Made by a program: the position numbers and the translations under genes | Notes under the pieces: generated by a model | Database searches by the model: none | What the model was told of the DNA's origin: nothing | The model's input: only the letters and a program-made list of their open reading frames with translations | Assembly (NCBI GenBank): GCA_965204725.1 | Contig: OZ242005.1 | Location: forward strand, 5,088,001-5,152,000 | Source: Candidatus Latescibacterota bacterium | GTDB lineage: Bacteria; Latescibacterota; UBA2968; UBA8231 | DNA: 64,000 bases | Reading direction: 5' to 3' | Part shown: in pieces, positions 1-7,713 of the stretch | Layout: every line of letters starts with the position of its first letter | Numbering within the stretch: position 1 is the first letter of the stretch

Positions 1-252
1 ATCTACAAACTCAACCGAAAGGCATATGGTATCGAGTGCATACGGGAGCAAGTGCCGCTAGCATTCGCCATCCTCAAGCAAGATCCAGGTGGTTCCGCAG
101 ACCACGACATCCCTATGCTACTACAGATCGCCGACGCCCATGTGCGCTCACGATTCAACGGGGCGACCGCACGGGATGAAGTCCTAGTAAGGTATTCGCT
201 TAATGATCCCTCACAATTCCTTAATCTAGTGAAAGAACGGAACTTACGATGA
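1..252 (+). CDS. 3' end of a NurA-like nuclease (truncated by window edge)
   Basis: Frame 1 is open from base 1 (IYKLNRKAYGIE...HDIPMLLQIADAHVR...). The IP-x-LL-xx-AD motif resembles the NurA C-terminus, and the stop overlaps the HerA start (ATGA at 249-252). Confidence 0.55.
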   Translation: MYKLNRKAYGIECIREQVPLAFAILKQDPGGSADHDIPMLLQIADAHVRSRFNGATARDEVLVRYSLNDPSQFLNLVKERNLR

Positions 253-1868
253 CTAAGCTTGTACAGATCGCTGATGATCAAGGAACAGATACGGACATTA
301 TCCGCCTCGTCGGGACCGGAGAGGATGACCTTGTTCCTTTGTTTACTTACTTGATTTCGGAGGATGACAATGAGAGATTTTTCCTCCAAGTATCATCCCC
401 GAACCGCAATCTCAGCCGTTTCTCCCCCCACCCTTTCGACACAATCGCGCTCAGCCAAATGCTCGCGCTCATCGAGAATCGGGGATATGAGAAGGATGCT
501 CTTGTCTCTCATATACGGTTTTACGAGGCCGAAATTATCGCCCAAATTGATGAGAATGGGAAGCCCAAAACATCCTTTACTCGTCCGTCTACGGGCGCAA
601 TCTCCCGGCCGGCTGAGGCTGAGTTAATTGTTGACTGTCTCCGCCTACCCATGGTTCCAGAAGCAAAGTCCAGTAAACTCCGGGTCGGAACGCTTGCACG
701 AAGTGGAGATACTATTGTGCCGATCTTCGCCAACGAGAACATCCTAAACCACCATATTCTTGTTGCAGGGGCAACGGGTTCTGGTAAATCGCATCTCCTC
801 GCCAACTTAGCGCATGTAGCCGATACCATGGATCGATGTATCATCTTGTTTGACCACAAACCGGACCACCAGGACCATCATTGTGAAAATCCCGATGCTG
901 AGATCAAACGTGCATTCCAACTCGATGAAAATGGGACAGGTGGTTCTGGTTCCGTTCGCTACTGGACTTTGGATTCGGACGATCCGAACAAAGGAGCCAA
1001 ACTCCTTGGGCTTCCAGCCCGTGAACTAGATCCTGAGATCCTCGCAGGCACGATCTTTCACCGTGCAAGCGAGGAAAACCAAGCCGAGACGTTCGCCGCC
1101 ATCGCTTCAGCGTTCTCCGAGACTAAAGAAGGTACGGAGTGGACAATTCAAGAACTCGTCAACTATGTCAATACTCATAACAAAGCTACCATCGAAAAGA
1201 GCCTGTTTAGCGACGCGGAAATAAATCTACACCAAGCCACTTTGCAAGCGATAAAGCGCAAACTCCGTTTCGGCGGAAGTCGAATCCCCAAGTTCATAGA
1301 TCCTGAACCCCCGATGACTGCTTTAGGAAAGCCCAAGCGCGATATTGGGAAAATTGATGACGTTTTTTTTCCAGGTCTTAACGTGATCAGGATCAGCGAG
1401 GACGATGCAAGGGGCTACGCTCTTTTTCTTTCGCACTTGCTCCGACGTGCTGCTGAAATCCGAGCACATTCGATTCAAAGCGGCAACAACACTCCTGAGA
1501 TGCTCATGATAGTCGACGAGGCCGCCGACATCTTCAAGGCCGACTCAAGATACCTAAGAAACGCCGCCACGGGCATGCTCGCCGAACGTATCCGCAAGGG
1601 ACGTTCGCTTCGCATCGGATACGTGATAGCAGTACAGAATGCAGGGGACGTCCCAGAGAACATCCGGCACAATCTTAACACAACCATCGTCGGTCGCCAT
1701 CGGCATCTCGGTACTCTACGGGAAGCACTTCCGACTGTCCGTGAAGGTCTGCTCTCCAATGCCGACAGGCTTGATCCTGGCGAGATGCTAGTCGATCTGT
1801 TCGGAGTGCCTTCTCTTCTGCTTGTCAAAATGGATATGTCACGATCTAAACTTACTGTCGCTACTTAG
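249..1868 (+). CDS. HerA/FtsK-family ATPase (DUF87-type)
   Basis: Walker A HILVAGATGSGKS, Walker B MLMIVDEA, HerA-type RKGRS arginine finger and AVQ motif. Confidence 0.85.
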   Translation: MTKLVQIADDQGTDTDIIRLVGTGEDDLVPLFTYLISEDDNERFFLQVSSPNRNLSRFSPHPFDTIALSQMLALIENRGYEKDALVSHIRFYEAEIIAQIDENGKPKTSFTRPSTGAISRPAEAELIVDCLRLPMVPEAKSSKLRVGTLARSGDTIVPIFANENILNHHILVAGATGSGKSHLLANLAHVADTMDRCIILFDHKPDHQDHHCENPDAEIKRAFQLDENGTGGSGSVRYWTLDSDDPNKGAKLLGLPARELDPEILAGTIFHRASEENQAETFAAIASAFSETKEGTEWTIQELVNYVNTHNKATIEKSLFSDAEINLHQATLQAIKRKLRFGGSRIPKFIDPEPPMTALGKPKRDIGKIDDVFFPGLNVIRISEDDARGYALFLSHLLRRAAEIRAHSIQSGNNTPEMLMIVDEAADIFKADSRYLRNAATGMLAERIRKGRSLRIGYVIAVQNAGDVPENIRHNLNTTIVGRHRHLGTLREALPTVREGLLSNADRLDPGEMLVDLFGVPSLLLVKMDMSRSKLTVAT

Positions 1869-1874
1869 ATTCAC

Positions 1875-2969
1875 ATGCCCCGCGATTGGACACGCTACCT
1901 TGCGAATACACGTACCGATGCCGGACGGGCACTTGTCGAGCAGGGAAACCGTATTGACGAGGCGCGGCGTACACTCTCTGCCGACGTGTACCAACGTCTC
2001 CTTGCCGCTGCTGGCATTACCGCCCGTGATGCACGACTCCTCGCGACGGTCGGTCGACGCCTTAGGCATCTGCTGGATCTCAAACCAGAACTGCGGCTAC
2101 CAATTCGAATCCGTACCTTGGCCGCACTCTCCGAACTATCGACTGAAACTCTGAGAAGAGCGACCGACGATGGCCGAGTACATGTGGCCATGACCGAGGC
2201 CGACGTACGTTCGCTTCGTGGTCCTACAACAGCATCTTCGAAGTCGATCATCCGACCAACGGACAACTGGAGTTTCTCGACTCTACGTTGGCCTCGCATT
2301 GATGGTTGGGATGGGCATGGATATATTCCTGGTGATCTCTACGCCAACTGCCTCTGGTACTATGCCCACAACGGGGACACGGTCGTCGATCCAATGGCGG
2401 GCTCCGGCATGCTGCTCCGGGTCTGGGAAGATCGTGCCACATGGTTTGATGGTAAGCATTGGAACCTCGATATCGTTCTGTCGGACCTTATTTCACGTGG
2501 CCCCTATGATGGCCAAATTCTCCCCTGCGACCTTCTCGAAGAATTCCCTACCGAAAGGGCCGACTACATCATCATTGATCCTCCCTATTGTGGACTAGTC
2601 AACGGTCAGTATTCGGAGCTTCCGAATGACCTCGCCAATATGGATGCCATACGCTGGACCGAAGCTATGGAAGGCATCGCTCATCGGTTCCGATCTGTCC
2701 AGATTCAAGGAGGACGCTGCACCGTCATTGTGCCAAACAATCGCATAATAACCACTGGTGAACGCTTACTTTTCCCACAGGTTGTACGGCGGATATTCTG
2801 TCAGGCTGGTTACGAGCTCTATGACGTAACCTACGCCTCTAGAAGGACTCAGCAGAAGCAAGGACGACAAATGGGTGTTCTCAACAACCGCGCACGACGG
2901 GATCGGGTTCCGCTGTCGGATATCTCTGAAGTACTTACTTTTATCACCCCTCATACACCGAAAAACTAG
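1875..2969 (+). CDS. Amino (N6A/N4C) DNA methyltransferase with N-terminal helical extension
   Basis: SAM-binding motif I VVDPMAGSG followed by catalytic motif IV IIDPPY. Confidence 0.8.
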   Translation: MPRDWTRYLANTRTDAGRALVEQGNRIDEARRTLSADVYQRLLAAAGITARDARLLATVGRRLRHLLDLKPELRLPIRIRTLAALSELSTETLRRATDDGRVHVAMTEADVRSLRGPTTASSKSIIRPTDNWSFSTLRWPRIDGWDGHGYIPGDLYANCLWYYAHNGDTVVDPMAGSGMLLRVWEDRATWFDGKHWNLDIVLSDLISRGPYDGQILPCDLLEEFPTERADYIIIDPPYCGLVNGQYSELPNDLANMDAIRWTEAMEGIAHRFRSVQIQGGRCTVIVPNNRIITTGERLLFPQVVRRIFCQAGYELYDVTYASRRTQQKQGRQMGVLNNRARRDRVPLSDISEVLTFITPHTPKN

Positions 2970-2984
2970 AAAGAGGACTTCGAC

Positions 2985-3947
2985 ATGTCACAAGCATTTG
3001 TATTGAGAATGAAACTAGGAGGAGGCGATAGAGTCCCCGAAGCATTAGAATGCAATCAGATATTCATCGGATGGTCAGACTTGGAAGGCCTCCTCAACTA
3101 TGAACTGTCTTGGGAGGAATTTAGAGCTCTTGTCAAAAATATGTTTCACCCTGATGATCCGAACCAGAGAAAGGCTGGTGCCAACAGCGGTCACCTTTGG
3201 CGCTTTATCCGAGAGATGGAAAAGGGTGACTTAGTAGTAGTACCACATGGCTCAGATTTCTATGTAGCCAAGATTGTAGGAGATGCGACGTACGACCCCA
3301 CAAAGGTATCAAATGACACTGCACACCGCCGTAACGTAATTTGGCAAAACAACAAAAAAGCAATCCCGAGAACCTCGGCTCGTTCTGCGCTTATCGGAAG
3401 AATGAGAAGCCAAGGAACTTGTACTAGGGCATCTGACCTGATCGATGATATACAGGAATGCCTGCACAATGCCGCTTCTGACCATGAGCCAACTTTCCAT
3501 AATGATCTTCAAGAAGCTCTCATAGAAAAAACGCTAGAGAGACTTCAAAGTGGTTACATTGATAATAATAGTTTTGAGTCGCTGATATGCGAGATGATGA
3601 AAGGGCTTGGCTCATCCGATGCACGAGTCGTGGCTAGAAACAAAGATAAAGGTGCTGACGTTTTGGCCACATTCCGAATAGCTGGCGTATTTCGCCAATT
3701 AGTAGCGATTCAAGCGAAGTACTTTAGACCGGAACCACCGGTAAGCCCAAAAGCAGTAGAGCAGTTGATACAAGGCATCGAATCAGAGGAAGCGAACTTG
3801 GGTATAGTGATAACTTCCGGTACGATCTCTAGTGAAGCAGAGGAAGCAGCCAAGCACTACTACGAGGAAAGCGGCATAAGAATCGAATTGATTGATGGCT
3901 ATCAGTTAGCAAAGCTGATTGTGGAGCATGGCGTGTCATCGAACTAA
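2985..3947 (+). CDS. Mrr-like (type IV) restriction endonuclease with N-terminal EVE/PUA-like domain
   Basis: C-terminal Mrr_cat motifs FE-x-LI, DKGADV, IQAK and IELIDG; N-terminal IGW...KGDLVVVP...HRRNVIW. RBS GAGG upstream. Confidence 0.85.
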   Translation: MSQAFVLRMKLGGGDRVPEALECNQIFIGWSDLEGLLNYELSWEEFRALVKNMFHPDDPNQRKAGANSGHLWRFIREMEKGDLVVVPHGSDFYVAKIVGDATYDPTKVSNDTAHRRNVIWQNNKKAIPRTSARSALIGRMRSQGTCTRASDLIDDIQECLHNAASDHEPTFHNDLQEALIEKTLERLQSGYIDNNSFESLICEMMKGLGSSDARVVARNKDKGADVLATFRIAGVFRQLVAIQAKYFRPEPPVSPKAVEQLIQGIESEEANLGIVITSGTISSEAEEAAKHYYEESGIRIELIDGYQLAKLIVEHGVSSN

Positions 3948-4789
3948 GCGATTCCCGGTTTATTCATCTCCCCCTCGGCCCGATGCCGATAGAGCAGCTT
4001 AACCGCCTCCGGCAGGGCCTCGTAGGTCGCCCGCGGCACAATCGCATTGTTGCGCCCGCCAAATTCCACGCTCAACCACCACGGACAATAGCGCGTAATG
4101 ATCGCCACCCTCGGCTCCGGGCTGGGATTGGCCGCGGTCGAATGCCAGATCCGGCTGTCCATCACCAGCGCACTGCCCGCCGGGCCGACGACTTGGACCT
4201 CCCCGCGAATCGGCTTGAACTGATCGATCCGCTCTTGTAGCCCTTCGGGCGTCTGGTGCATTCGCGGGTTGAGCAGGTCGCGGTGACTGCGCGGCACCAC
4301 CCACGTCCCGCCGGTCGCTGGACCAAACGGCGACAGCATCCACAGCACCGATAGCTGCATGGTCGCGTCCGGGAAGGGCTGCGCCACCCGGCCGGCCAAA
4401 TCCCGGTCGGTCAGGTCGTGCGGCCAATCCGAATGAAAGCCGCGCCAATCCAAGTCCGTGCGGTTGGGTGCTTGCGTCTTAAACTCTGTCTGCGCGATCC
4501 GCACATGCTCCCCAAAAATCGCTCGCGCCACCCCCAACAACCGCTCGTCGCCTAAATAGGGCGCGAACTCCGGCAAATACGCGATCAGGCAAACGCCCGG
4601 CTCGCCGTTGGGGCCGGTCTGCCGCCCGATGTTCCCGCCCATGGCCTCATAGTCCTGCCGCGCCGTTTCGTGCGCTTCTCGCACATGCGCCCGCACTCGG
4701 TCTATGGCGTCGGCCGGAATAATCCGCTCCAACACGCACCAACCCTCGCGGCGCAACTGATCCACTTTCTCGTCGATACCAGCGTCCAT
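3944..4789 (-). CDS. Phytanoyl-CoA dioxygenase (PhyH) family protein
   Basis: HSD iron ligands, GGTWVVPRSH and WH motifs. Start placed at ATG 4789 after GGGAGG. Confidence 0.85.
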   Translation of the reverse strand: MDAGIDEKVDQLRREGWCVLERIIPADAIDRVRAHVREAHETARQDYEAMGGNIGRQTGPNGEPGVCLIAYLPEFAPYLGDERLLGVARAIFGEHVRIAQTEFKTQAPNRTDLDWRGFHSDWPHDLTDRDLAGRVAQPFPDATMQLSVLWMLSPFGPATGGTWVVPRSHRDLLNPRMHQTPEGLQERIDQFKPIRGEVQVVGPAGSALVMDSRIWHSTAANPSPEPRVAIITRYCPWWLSVEFGGRNNAIVPRATYEALPEAVKLLYRHRAEGEMNKPGIA

Positions 4790-4831
4790 AAGACCTCCCG
4801 CTTCTCGGTTGCTCAAGCCATTGCGTACTGC

Positions 4832-4999
4832 TATAGCCGTCCTACATCCTTCATAATGGCGTGTTGGGTATGAGATACTTCGCTGCGCTCAGTATGACAA
4901 GGGCTGGGGCACGAAGCCCCCGGCTCGGTGTCATGCTGAGCGCAGCGCGGCGCAGTCGAAGCATCTCTACATGCTTGCAAGTCATGTAGGACTGCTATA
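4832..4999. mobile_element. MITE-like element with 16-bp terminal inverted repeats enclosing a REP-like hairpin
   Basis: TATAGCCGTCCTACAT (4832-4847) and ATGTAGGACTGCTATA (4984-4999) are 15/16 complementary with TA ends. Internal inverted repeat 4872-4899 / 4929-4967. Confidence 0.6.
4872..4967. repeat. REP-like palindrome (GAGATxCTTCG...GCTCAGxATGACA type)
   Basis: GAGATACTTCGCTGCGCTCAGTATGACA pairs with TGTCATGCTGAGCGCAGCG...CGAAGCATCTC. Confidence 0.75.
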
Positions 5000-5087
5000 T
5001 ACTAGAGCCAATTGCGACTGCAACGCCGTACATCCTAGTAGTCCACGCGGACAACGCCCGACGGCCCTTTATAAGAAAGAACGCTAA

Positions 5088-5915
5088 ATGAACCAAGACG
5101 AAAAGTATTTCTTCGACCTCAACGGCTACCTAGTCGTTCCCAACGTCTTGTCGGCCGAGGACATCGCGCTGGCCAACGAGGCCATTGATCGCCATGCCGA
5201 CCAGATCCACGAGCGCACCGGCGAGTTGTCGCTATCGGCGGGATCCAAGGCCCTTGAAGGGAGCACTGGACGCGGCGATCTGGGCGGCGCGCTCTCATGG
5301 CCCGACCCTTATGGCCGCCCCTTCCGCGACATGCTGGTCAACCCCAAGGTGGTGCCCTATCTACACGAGATGTTGGGCACGGGCTTCCGCCTCGACCACA
5401 ATCTCGGCATCATCACCATGCGTAAAGGGGCCGAAGGGCACCTGCTACACGGATCGTCCGGCCCCGGGTTTGACCGCCACCAGTACTACATCTTCAAAGA
5501 CAGCAAAATGCACAACGGCCTGACCGTGGCCGCCTATCAGCTCGCGGATGTCCGCGCGGGTGACGGGGGCTTGTGCCTAATCCCAGGCAGCCACAAGAGC
5601 AACTATCCCTGCCCGATGGCACTTCGACGCGGCGAGGCGTATCGCGAGTCCATCAAGCAGATTGCCTGCAACGCCGGCGACTGCGTCCTATTCACCGAGG
5701 CCACCACGCACGGGACCCTGCCTTGGACCGCCGACCACGACCGCCGCACCGCCCTCTTCCGCTTCTCACCGGGCAATCTCGCTTATGTGGCCCACGACTG
5801 GTCCGCAGACATGCTCGCCCTAATGACCGACGAGCAACGCAAAGTCCTCGAACCGCCTTATCATGCGCGATTGGACCGCCCCGTATTGGAACCTTCAACA
5901 AAACCCACAGCGTAG
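5088..5915 (+). CDS. Phytanoyl-CoA dioxygenase (PhyH) family protein
   Basis: FDLNGY start, GGLCLIPGSHK and HGTLPW motifs. Confidence 0.85.
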   Translation: MNQDEKYFFDLNGYLVVPNVLSAEDIALANEAIDRHADQIHERTGELSLSAGSKALEGSTGRGDLGGALSWPDPYGRPFRDMLVNPKVVPYLHEMLGTGFRLDHNLGIITMRKGAEGHLLHGSSGPGFDRHQYYIFKDSKMHNGLTVAAYQLADVRAGDGGLCLIPGSHKSNYPCPMALRRGEAYRESIKQIACNAGDCVLFTEATTHGTLPWTADHDRRTALFRFSPGNLAYVAHDWSADMLALMTDEQRKVLEPPYHARLDRPVLEPSTKPTA

Positions 5916-5924
5916 GGAAACCTC

Positions 5925-6218
5925 ATGTCCAAACGCAAAATCGTCGTCACCGGGGCCGCCGGGTACGTGGCCGGTCGCATGTTGCCGGCCCTAAAGGAAC
6001 GCTACGAAACCGTTCTGCTCGATGTGAAAACGAGCAATCGCCAAGGCGAAGCGGTCGCCGGAGTTCGCATCGCCGATCTGCTAGAGAAGGACCGCGATAC
6101 CTACCGGTTCTGGAGCTTGGCCAATGCCCGGCGCGAGATCGGGTACGCGCCCCAAGACGACAGCCAAGTGCGCTTTGCCGACAAAATCGCGGTCATCACG
6201 CGGGCGGCGCACGACTAG
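5925..6218 (+). pseudogene. NAD-dependent epimerase/dehydratase, internally deleted
   Basis: Only 97 aa. The Rossmann start VTGAAGYVA is joined directly to the family C-terminus RFWSLANARREIGYAPQDDS (compare the intact paralog 60094-60912); the YxxxK core is absent. Confidence 0.75.
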
Positions 6219-6266
6219 ACTATTCGAGTCTCTTTTGCGTTGAGACTTTTCATTGAGGAGGGAACC

Positions 6267-7640
6267 ATGGCCAATAAGGTGACGATTTTTGGCGCGGGCA
6301 GCGTAGTATTTTCGCTCGGCCTAGTCAAGGATTTGTGTCTGACCAAGGAGTTGAACGGCAGCCACGTTTGTTTTATGGACATCAACGAGGAAGTGCTCGA
6401 TGTCGTTTGCGAACTCGGGCGGCGGTATGCCGAGGATTTGGGCGCAGACCTGACGTTTGCGAAAACCACGGATCGGGAAGCCGCGCTAAAAGACGCTGAT
6501 TTTGTGATCAATACGGCAACGGTGACACACAACGAATACTTCATGCAGCGTCGGCGCAAAATGACGGCCAAACTCGGTTATTTTTACGACCGAACCGGGA
6601 TGCCCGAATACCACAATCTGCAACTGATGCTGGACGTGGCACAGGACATGGAGAAGCTGTGTCCGGCTGCGTGGATTTTGCTGGCGGGCAATCCGGTCTT
6701 TGCCGGAACGACGTTGCTGACGCGGGAGACGCAGATTAAGGTGTGTGGTTTGTGTCACGGGCATTATGGCTATGCCGAGGTGGCGCGTACACTGGGCTTA
6801 AATGCGGCGGCGGTGACGTGGCAGGCACCGGGATTGAATCACAATATCTGGTTGACGGATTTCATCTATGAAAACGAAGACGTGTATCCAAAACTAAATC
6901 GGTGGATTGCCGAGGAGAGCGAGGCGTATTGGGAGCAGCGGACCCGAGCCGGCCAAGCAATTCCCACGCAGATGTCGCGTGCGGCCATTCATCAATACAA
7001 GATGTATGGCCTGATGCCCATTGGCGATACGCCTCGGCGAGGCGGCTGGTGGTATCACACGGATTTGGCGGCGCGGAAATACTGGTACGATCCCAACGGC
7101 GGCAAAGACACGCCCGCCGGGCGCGACGCAGTGCTGGCCGGCAAGGCCAAAAAATACGAGCAGATGAAGGCCGCGGCCTACGACGAGAACATTCGGCCAG
7201 TTGACCTGTTTGGCGACCGGATGACGCACGAGCAGCACATTCCCATTATGAATGGGCTGCTCAACAATGTGGAAGGTCAGTTTCAGGTGAACGTGCCCAA
7301 CTGCGGCGCCCTGCCGGGCATTCCCGACGACGTGGCCGTAGAGGTCCCCGCGATTGTAAACAAGAAGGGCATTCAGCCGTTGCGCGTACCGCCCTTGCCC
7401 AAGAAAATCATGCTGGAGTGCATCTATCCCGATTGGCTCGACATGGAGCGCACCCTCGAAGCGGTCTTGTCAGGCGATAAATCGATGATGCTGTTTGGTG
7501 TGCTCGAAAGCAAAGAGACAAAATGTTATGAGCACGGGCTGGAGGTGCTGGACGCGCTGTTTAATATGGAACCCAACGAGCCGATGCAGTACGTGGAAGA
7601 TATCAACGCGCACTTTTCTTGGCCCAAGAATTGGTCGTAG
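6267..7640 (+). CDS. Glycoside hydrolase family 4 (NAD-dependent alpha-galactosidase/glucosidase)
   Basis: GAGS Rossmann motif, DADFVI, NP, GLCHG, GLNH and VEVP motifs. RBS GAGGAGG before ATG 6267. Confidence 0.9.
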   Translation: MANKVTIFGAGSVVFSLGLVKDLCLTKELNGSHVCFMDINEEVLDVVCELGRRYAEDLGADLTFAKTTDREAALKDADFVINTATVTHNEYFMQRRRKMTAKLGYFYDRTGMPEYHNLQLMLDVAQDMEKLCPAAWILLAGNPVFAGTTLLTRETQIKVCGLCHGHYGYAEVARTLGLNAAAVTWQAPGLNHNIWLTDFIYENEDVYPKLNRWIAEESEAYWEQRTRAGQAIPTQMSRAAIHQYKMYGLMPIGDTPRRGGWWYHTDLAARKYWYDPNGGKDTPAGRDAVLAGKAKKYEQMKAAAYDENIRPVDLFGDRMTHEQHIPIMNGLLNNVEGQFQVNVPNCGALPGIPDDVAVEVPAIVNKKGIQPLRVPPLPKKIMLECIYPDWLDMERTLEAVLSGDKSMMLFGVLESKETKCYEHGLEVLDALFNMEPNEPMQYVEDINAHFSWPKNWS

Positions 7641-7678
7641 GGTAATACGCGACCCCTACGCGGTTCCCGCTCCGTCCG

Positions 7679-7705
7679 GGGTCGAGGGCAAGATGCCCTC
7701 GACCC
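7679..7705. terminator. Perfect 12-bp hairpin between convergent genes (bidirectional terminator or REP)
   Basis: GGGTCGAGGGCA-AGA-TGCCCTCGACCC; a second small inverted repeat CGTAGGG...CCCTACG lies at 7636-7660. Confidence 0.6.
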
Positions 7706-7713
7706 TTGGAAAA

